Part shown: positions 58,929 to 64,000 of the stretch, one piece after another
How the letters are laid out: every line of letters begins with the position of its first letter
How positions within the stretch are numbered: the first letter of the stretch is position 1
Source: Bacteroidales bacterium
GTDB taxonomy: Bacteria; Bacteroidota; Bacteroidia; Bacteroidales; WRLA01
Direction of reading: 5' to 3'
DNA: 64,000 bases
NCBI GenBank assembly: GCA_965230045.1
Contig: OZ245940.1
Location: 1,679,403 to 1,743,402 of the forward strand
The notes under the pieces: generated by a model
What the model was told of the DNA's origin: nothing
Seen by the model: only the letters and a program-made list of their open reading frames with translations
Database searches by the model: none
Translations under genes and position numbers: made by a program

Positions 58929-59348
58929 AAATCTAATGTTTGCCCGGACTTTTTTTTATTTACTGTATGAAATACTACAATAGTGCTTTCTATGCATGTA
59001 TCTTAGCTTTTGGATATTCCGGACTAAGCTGACCCACCCGACCGGCTGAAATAAACAGCAATAAAAAGCCATCAAAGACTGCCAATCCGGCGGATACTGA
59101 CCCCCTAAAACGGAAGAAGGCTCTTCAAGCACCCAGATCCGGGGCATGTTGACCCTTTTTCATGAGACAAGGATGGAGAAAACCGGAGCATGTTGACCCA
59201 CTTTCAGTGGAGCACTGGCAGAATTCCGGAGCATGTTGACCCACTTTGGAAAGGTGCAACATAAAATTCCGGAGCATATTGACCCTTTTTTTGTCACTTT
59301 TTCGTGAAGTTTCGGTATTAGCCAGCTATAACCAACACAAAGAATGCG

Positions 59349-60920
59349 ATGGCCGGTAAACCCAAACCCATGAGTCAGATAAAACAATTATTGAGGATGC
59401 ACAAGCAGGGCAATAAACACAGGACTATTGCCCGTAACCTTGGCATAAGCAAAAACACAGTAAAGAGCTATTTAAAGAAAGCAGGTGCGCTTAGCCAGAG
59501 CACCACTCAGCTACTAAAGCTCGAAGACCCTGAGCTGGAAGCCCTCTTCCATGCAGGCAGCCCTGCTTATAAGGATGAGCGCTACCAGCACCTTAAAGAC
59601 AGGCTTGGCCATTATGCCCGGGAATTGCAAAAAACAGGAGTGACGCGCCTTTTGCTATGGGAGGAATACAAAGAAACCACAGCTAAGCCATATGGCAAGA
59701 CCCAGTTCTGCTACCATCTCTCCCAGTACCTGTCGGCTAAAAAGCCATCGATGGTTTTGCACCACAAACCTGCTGAGAAACTTTTTGTGGACTTTACAGG
59801 CAAGACCATTTGCTATACCGACCCAAAGACAGGCGAGCTGATCAGCTGTCAGGTTTTTGTAGCCTGCCTGCCCTATTCCGATTATGGCTTTGCCATTGCA
59901 GTGCCCAGCCAAAGCAGCCAGGACTTCCTTTATGCACTAAGGCGCTGTTTGGAACACCTGGGCGGGGCCCCACAGGTATTGGTGCCCGACAACCTCAAAT
60001 CTGCTGTTAACAAAGCAGACCGCTATGAGCCCGATATCAACCGCAGTATGGAAGATTTTGCAAACCATTATGGCTGCACTATATTTCCTGCCAGGGCATA
60101 TAAGCCCAAAGACAAAGCCCTTGTGGAGAACCAGGTAAAACTGGTGTACCAGCGCGTTTTTGCAAAGCTCAGGGACCAGGTGTTTTTTAGCCTCGATGAG
60201 CTTAACAGCGCCATAGCAACAAAGGTAGAACAGCACAACCAGACCCGTATGCAGCAAAAGCCATGGTGCCGCCAGGAGCGTTTCCTTGCAGATGAAAAGA
60301 ACAAACTGGAGCCCCTTCCACAGCAGCCCTATGAGCAAAAATATTACTGTTCGCTCAAAGTGGCACAAAACAACCATATTTACCTTGGCCGTGACAAGCA
60401 TTACTACAGTGTGCCTTATCAACATATCGGCCAACAGGCCAAGGTTATCTATACCCGCAATACCGTGGACATATATTTGGAACAAAAGCTTATAGCGGCA
60501 CACCTGCGCAATTACAAACAGGGCGGATACTCTACCTGCAAGGAACATTTATGCCCCGCCCACAAACACCACCTTGCGCGCAGCCCACAGTACTATCTTG
60601 ATAGGGCCATGGAGCACAGCCAGAACCTGCACAGGCTCTTTACATTGATGTTCGGCCGCCCTGACCGCTATGCCGAACAGCTCTACAAAAGCTGCGACGG
60701 GCTGCTAATGCTTTGCCGTACAAGCGATAAGGCCGCTTTTGAATCTGCCTGCCGCATGGCAATTGACAATGAAGTATTTACCTACAAATTTATATCCAAC
60801 ATACTCACAAACAAAACTGCTGGCCAACAAGGCGGTGCGCCACAAAAAGCACTGCCCAGGCACGGCAATATACGGGGCAAAGAATATTATACAAAACAAC
60901 AGTTAACCCTTAATATCTGA
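59349..60920 (+). CDS. istA: IS21-family transposase IstA
   Basis: 523 aa with an N-terminal HTH (RTIARNLGISKNTVKSYLKK) and a DDE integrase core. Confidence 0.92.
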   Translation: MAGKPKPMSQIKQLLRMHKQGNKHRTIARNLGISKNTVKSYLKKAGALSQSTTQLLKLEDPELEALFHAGSPAYKDERYQHLKDRLGHYARELQKTGVTRLLLWEEYKETTAKPYGKTQFCYHLSQYLSAKKPSMVLHHKPAEKLFVDFTGKTICYTDPKTGELISCQVFVACLPYSDYGFAIAVPSQSSQDFLYALRRCLEHLGGAPQVLVPDNLKSAVNKADRYEPDINRSMEDFANHYGCTIFPARAYKPKDKALVENQVKLVYQRVFAKLRDQVFFSLDELNSAIATKVEQHNQTRMQQKPWCRQERFLADEKNKLEPLPQQPYEQKYYCSLKVAQNNHIYLGRDKHYYSVPYQHIGQQAKVIYTRNTVDIYLEQKLIAAHLRNYKQGGYSTCKEHLCPAHKHHLARSPQYYLDRAMEHSQNLHRLFTLMFGRPDRYAEQLYKSCDGLLMLCRTSDKAAFESACRMAIDNEVFTYKFISNILTNKTAGQQGGAPQKALPRHGNIRGKEYYTKQQLTLNI

Positions 60921-60924
60921 TATT

Positions 60925-61644
60925 ATGATGCAAATAGGACCACAACTTAAAAGCTTGCGCCTAAACGGGATGTCCTCCGCATGGCAGGCATTGATGGAAT
61001 CAGGCAGGCTAAACGAGCTGAGCTTTGGGGAGGGCATGAAAATACTCCTTGAAGCAGAAAAACAACAACGCGAACAGAACCGTTTTGAACGGCTGCAGAG
61101 AAATGCGCGCTTCCGCTACCAGGCATCTTTGCAGGAAGTCAGTACAGACCAGGCCCGCGGGCTTGGCAAAGACTTGCTGGCGAGTCTGGCAACAGGCAAT
61201 TACCTGCAAAAAGGCCAGTCCATATTGGTCACCGGCCCAACCGGATGCGGAAAAAGCTTCCTGGCCTCGGCTTTGGGGCACCAAGCATGCCTGCAGGGAT
61301 ATAAAGTAGCCTACTATAACATGCAAAAGCTGCTGAAAAAAATTAAAATTGCACGCCTTGAAGGAACGGCCTTTAAATTTTTTGAAACCACAGCCAAAAC
61401 AGACCTGCTCATACTCGACGACTTTGGAATGGCCCGGCTGGAACAAAAGCAACAAATTGATTTTATGGAGATTATAGAAGACCGCCATGCCCGGAAATCA
61501 ACAATTATTGTCAGTCAGCTACCTGTGGCAAGCTGGTTCGATATCATTGGTGAAGCTACTATTGCCGATGCAATATTGGACCGTTTGGTACATACTTCCC
61601 ACAGAATTGAATTAAAAGGAGACAGTTTAAGAAAAATTAGGTAA
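60925..61644 (+). CDS. istB: IS21-family helper ATPase IstB
   Basis: Walker A GPTGCGKS and Walker B LLILDDFG. 239 aa. Confidence 0.92.
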   Translation: MMQIGPQLKSLRLNGMSSAWQALMESGRLNELSFGEGMKILLEAEKQQREQNRFERLQRNARFRYQASLQEVSTDQARGLGKDLLASLATGNYLQKGQSILVTGPTGCGKSFLASALGHQACLQGYKVAYYNMQKLLKKIKIARLEGTAFKFFETTAKTDLLILDDFGMARLEQKQQIDFMEIIEDRHARKSTIIVSQLPVASWFDIIGEATIADAILDRLVHTSHRIELKGDSLRKIR

Positions 61645-61744
61645 TATTGTCAGGCAATCGCGTTCTTTAAAAACTTTACGAATCAGACGGGTCAATATCA
61701 CCGGATTGGTGGGTCAGTATGACCGGAATATGCAAGCTTTTGAT

Positions 61745-62011
61745 TTATAAAGCAGTTTTATTAAGCAGGCAATACAAAAAAGAAATGAAATTAATCACGA
61801 TAAAGGCATAAATTCCAATACTGTAATAAGATGTTTTTCTGTATTGTGAAATATATTGGTAAAGAACAAGACTTAATAAACCAGATGTAAATATTTGTAG
61901 GACAACTCCATTTATTGATAAAACAAAATTAATCTCTGTGTTGCACATATTAATGGAAAATGAAATACAAATTAATGCAGCTATAAAAAGTTTTTTTTTC
62001 ATTTTGATCAT
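61745..62011 (-). CDS. Small hydrophobic protein (hypothetical, ~3 TM)
   Basis: 88 aa with ATG start. AT-rich. Lies 27 bp downstream of higA on the same strand. Confidence 0.4.
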   Translation of the reverse strand: MIKMKKKLFIAALICISFSINMCNTEINFVLSINGVVLQIFTSGLLSLVLYQYISQYRKTSYYSIGIYAFIVINFISFLYCLLNKTAL

Positions 62012-62038
62012 TTTTTTATACTCTTTTAACAGTATTGT

Positions 62039-62389
62039 TTAAGCCAGCAATACATCAGCCGGGATTTTCAGGTCCTTGTACAGGTTTTTGATCATATTTA
62101 AGGTTAAGCCCCTTTTGCGGTTTAGTATTTCGCTAACCCTGCTTTGACTGCCCAGATACTTAGACATATCTGCATTCGTCAATCCCATCTGTTCCATACG
62201 GAATTTAATGGCATCAACAGGGTCAGGTGGGGCAATTGGATAATGTTTTAGTTCATATGATTCTACCAATGTGAGTAATAAATCCAATTCATCACCTTCG
62301 GGACTGTCTTTTAAAGCGCCCCATAATTCTTCAATCCTGCTGATGGCAAGCTGATAATCTTTTTCTGTTTTTATGGGTTTTATGTTCAT
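62039..62389 (-). CDS. higA: HigA-family antitoxin (HTH)
   Basis: 116 aa. N-terminus IKTEKDYQLAISRIEELW, C-terminal HTH (ADMSKYLGSQSRVSEILNRKRGLT). Lies 3 bp downstream of the toxin gene. Confidence 0.85.
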   Translation of the reverse strand: MNIKPIKTEKDYQLAISRIEELWGALKDSPEGDELDLLLTLVESYELKHYPIAPPDPVDAIKFRMEQMGLTNADMSKYLGSQSRVSEILNRKRGLTLNMIKNLYKDLKIPADVLLA

Positions 62390-62392
62390 AAT

Positions 62393-62692
62393 TTAAATTG
62401 TTTTTGCATCAATTTTATCGTACTGTTTATGAGTTCCAATAAATCTTATAAAAAGAGCCTGAAAATCATAATCTACTGCAACCACTAATCTGTATTTATT
62501 GCCTTTAATATTGAAAACTACCCTGTTGTTACCTATAATACTTGCATTCTTAAACTGATATTTAAGGTCATTTGAGTTTTTCCATTCAGCTGATTTGGCT
62601 TCATGATACCATGCTCGCAATGAAACTTCAGAATCAGAATATTCTTGTTTTTCAAAAAACTCACGTAATGTCCTGAAGGCAATAATCCTCAT
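62393..62692 (-). CDS. higB: HigB-family type II toxin (mRNA interferase)
   Basis: MRIIAFRTLREFFEK..FNIKGNKYRLVVAVDYDFQALFIRFIGTHKQYDKIDA. ATG 62692 is preferred because the track start at 62707 is a TTG. Confidence 0.85.
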   Translation of the reverse strand: MRIIAFRTLREFFEKQEYSDSEVSLRAWYHEAKSAEWKNSNDLKYQFKNASIIGNNRVVFNIKGNKYRLVVAVDYDFQALFIRFIGTHKQYDKIDAKTI

Positions 62693-62825
62693 AATGCAAA
62701 TATACAAAACAAATAAGGGCTTTTCCCAAATTGGGATATTTTTCTGGTGCCTCCATAATATTTACCTCCACAAATTTACTCCTCAATCACTCCTCTGCGA
62801 TTTTTTCTTCCGCTTTGTATATTCC

Positions 62826-62858
62826 ACTCATCGGATGACCCAAAGTCATCCGATGAGT
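62826..62858. repeat. Hairpin ACTCATCGGATGAC-CCAAA-GTCATCCGATGAGT, just downstream of the second TA operon
   Basis: Perfect 14-bp stem. Its core CATCGGATGAC/GTCATCCGATG is shared with the hairpin at 63801..63835. Confidence 0.8.
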
Positions 62859-62866
62859 AACTTAAC

Positions 62867-63238
62867 TTAGAATAAGTGTGGGCGTTTATTGTTGATTTCG
62901 TCAGTTTTCTGATTGTAAGGTGGATGCGAAGGATATGTTGTTGGAAGGGTGCTCTGTTCCTTTTGAATAAAGGATTTTTTGCTCACAAATTCAAATACCG
63001 GAAACATATCTATTTTAAGAGCAATTTCAATTATTTTTTCAATGCTGAAATTTATGTCCCCATCATTGAGGATTTGGGAAACCCTTCCCTTGCTGATGCC
63101 TAAATGACTGGCGAGTCTTGTGCGGTTTAATTTGTTTTGCTCCATATACTGAACAATAGCATTATAAAGTTGCCCGTTTATTCCTTCAATCCAATATGCT
63201 GGCTGGTTTAATATTTTCTCCCTCTTATGGTTTATCAT
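62867..63238 (-). CDS. XRE-family HTH antitoxin
   Basis: HTH LNRTRLASHLGISKGRVSQILND. 123 aa. Overlaps the upstream toxin gene by 14 bp. Confidence 0.75.
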   Translation of the reverse strand: MINHKREKILNQPAYWIEGINGQLYNAIVQYMEQNKLNRTRLASHLGISKGRVSQILNDGDINFSIEKIIEIALKIDMFPVFEFVSKKSFIQKEQSTLPTTYPSHPPYNQKTDEINNKRPHLF

Positions 63239-63620
63239 CTTGATAATCTTTGATTGTTCGTATAATTGACTTTAAATCAGATTTTTGATCGTCTTTTAAT
63301 CCTCCGCTTACAATTATTCTGCCTGTTTTTTCTTCATGAAAAAGATAAATTCTGATAATTCCCGATTTAGCTTCATATAGCTTGCAATTTAAGCTGTGAC
63401 CCTGGATTTCCCTGAATTTATTTTTTGGCCTTCGGTTTAAATTGGAAGTATCTTCAATAATTCTGATAGCTCCAGCTAAATTGTTGAGCAGGTTTCCATC
63501 TTTTTCAATTTCATCAAAGAACATTTCGAACAGACTACGATCGTTTTTGCACAGCTCAAATACCTTTATTTTAGTGGTATTTACAATATGCCGGGACAAT
63601 ATTAACGAAAATTTTTTCAA
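63225..63620 (-). CDS. RelE/HigB-superfamily toxin, phage Gp49-like
   Basis: 131 aa. ..KFREIQGHSLNCKLYEAKSGIIRIYLFHEEKTGRIIVSGGLKDDQKSD pattern. Toxin-first order as in HigBA. Confidence 0.65.
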   Translation of the reverse strand: MKKFSLILSRHIVNTTKIKVFELCKNDRSLFEMFFDEIEKDGNLLNNLAGAIRIIEDTSNLNRRPKNKFREIQGHSLNCKLYEAKSGIIRIYLFHEEKTGRIIVSGGLKDDQKSDLKSIIRTIKDYQDDKP

Positions 63621-63751
63621 AATGTTTAGTTATATCTAAATTATTTTTTGATTTTTCCAGTTTCTACTTTGTGATTGGGGCATTAAGCCCTACAATTACA
63701 AAGATATCAATTATTGCTATTATAGAGGTAATTTCATCCGCTGTTGATCGC

Positions 63752-63797
63752 GTTGCCGAAGCCGTGGTGCAGAAAGTGCAGGAGGGAGTGTAAGCCT
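63752..63797 (+). repeat. 46-bp direct repeat, right copy (putative attR core), with a relic gene tail
   Basis: Identical to 58264..58309. It is preceded by ~25 bp of diverged in-frame similarity (..ISSAVDR|VAEAVVQKVQEGV*). Confidence 0.9.
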
Positions 63798-63800
63798 TGT

Positions 63801-63835
63801 CATTCATCGGATGACTCGAAGTCATCCGATGAATG
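63801..63835 (+). terminator. Strong hairpin CATTCATCGGATGAC-TCGAA-GTCATCCGATGAATG, probable original terminator of the FAD-dependent gene
   Basis: 15-bp perfect stem located 3 bp after the right repeat copy. No T-tract. Confidence 0.6.
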
Positions 63836-64000
63836 AGCCCACAACTCAATCATGAAAAATCAACAAAGGGTCCGGCTTACTGTACTCCACCGCCTGCGTG
63901 GTATCCGAATTCTTGCAGCCCTGTACATCCGTAACCTCCACAATTACGCTCAGCGTGGTGTCCGCATAAAAGCTGGTGTCTGTTGAACCGTTTTGCCAGA

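Larger units (their letters stand above)
59011..61734 (+). mobile_element. IS21-family insertion sequence (2724 bp)
   Basis: Termini TGGATATTCCGG ... CCGGAATATGCA follow the TG..CA rule. 6-bp TSD AGCTTT (59005-59010 and 61735-61740). Six TCCGG-N8-TGACCC-type repeats at the left end and two at the right. Carries istA plus istB. Confidence 0.88.

Noticed and set aside
59016-59285. Six regularly recurring ~18-bp repeats that could be mistaken for a small CRISPR-like array.
   Set aside because: Spacing is irregular. The repeats recur inverted at the other end of the element (61689-61727) and flank istA/istB. They are IS21 terminal multi-repeats.
59126-61737. Alternative IS21 boundaries (59131..61732) with a 5-bp CAAGC duplication.
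   Set aside because: The outer solution (59011..61734) gives the canonical TG..CA termini, a 12-bp terminal inverted repeat and a 6-bp TSD. The CAAGC match overlaps the outer terminus and is probably coincidental.
62826-62870. Integron attC-like site: a hairpin followed by ACTTAAC, which fits the RYYYAAC core.
   Set aside because: No integron integrase is present. There is no complementary GTTRRRY partner on the other side of the stem. The hairpin is a simple perfect stem rather than the bulged attC architecture.
63850-64000. A possible gene at the right edge. Candidates are a 47-codon plus-strand ORF from ATG 63852, or a minus-strand frame open from 63880 to the window end.
   Set aside because: The plus ORF is short and featureless. 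The open minus frame translates to an implausible Gly/Cys/His-rich peptide. The window ends too soon to decide, so no call is made.

Overview
The window looks like a chromosomal segment from a Bacteroidota-type anaerobe. Supporting signs are T9SS C-terminal sorting domains, a TonB-dependent receptor, TAnnTTTG-like -7 boxes, mostly absent Shine-Dalgarno sites, and a PFOR / Hcp / Pta-AckA fermentative core. About 50 protein genes can be supported. The first ~40 kb is mostly housekeeping: PFOR, SppA, MATE, SixA-like/ppk1/ppx, PepC, a TonB-dependent receptor, pta/3-hydroxyacyl-CoA dehydrogenase/ackA, hemD-like, rnpA, S41 peptidase, cdd, hcp plus Rrf2, and split transketolase. Four parts are plastic. 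(i) There are two intergenic repeat families. One is a 342-352 bp MITE-like element with terminal inverted repeats and 8-bp target-site duplications (18.1 kb and 40.4 kb). The other is a set of 120-145 bp palindromic modules sitting just after stop codons (40.2-40.9, 53.1 and 56.2-56.5 kb). (ii) A tandem array of three divergent T9SS-secreted paralogues (43.0-50.2 kb) shares one 188-bp nearly identical block. The middle copy is split cleanly by an IS66-family element. (iii) An AT-rich 5.4 kb islet (58.3-63.8 kb) is bounded by a perfect 46-bp direct repeat that duplicates the 3' end of an FAD-dependent gene. It carries two HigB/RelE-type toxin-antitoxin pairs, two small membrane proteins and an IS21-family element, but no integrase. 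(iv) A candidate ~190-nt rod-shaped sRNA with its own terminator lies at 42.4-42.6 kb. I saw no rRNA, tRNA or CRISPR array. All calls come from reading the sequence and the supplied translations by eye. No searches were run, and hand-counted coordinates of non-coding features may be off by a base or two.
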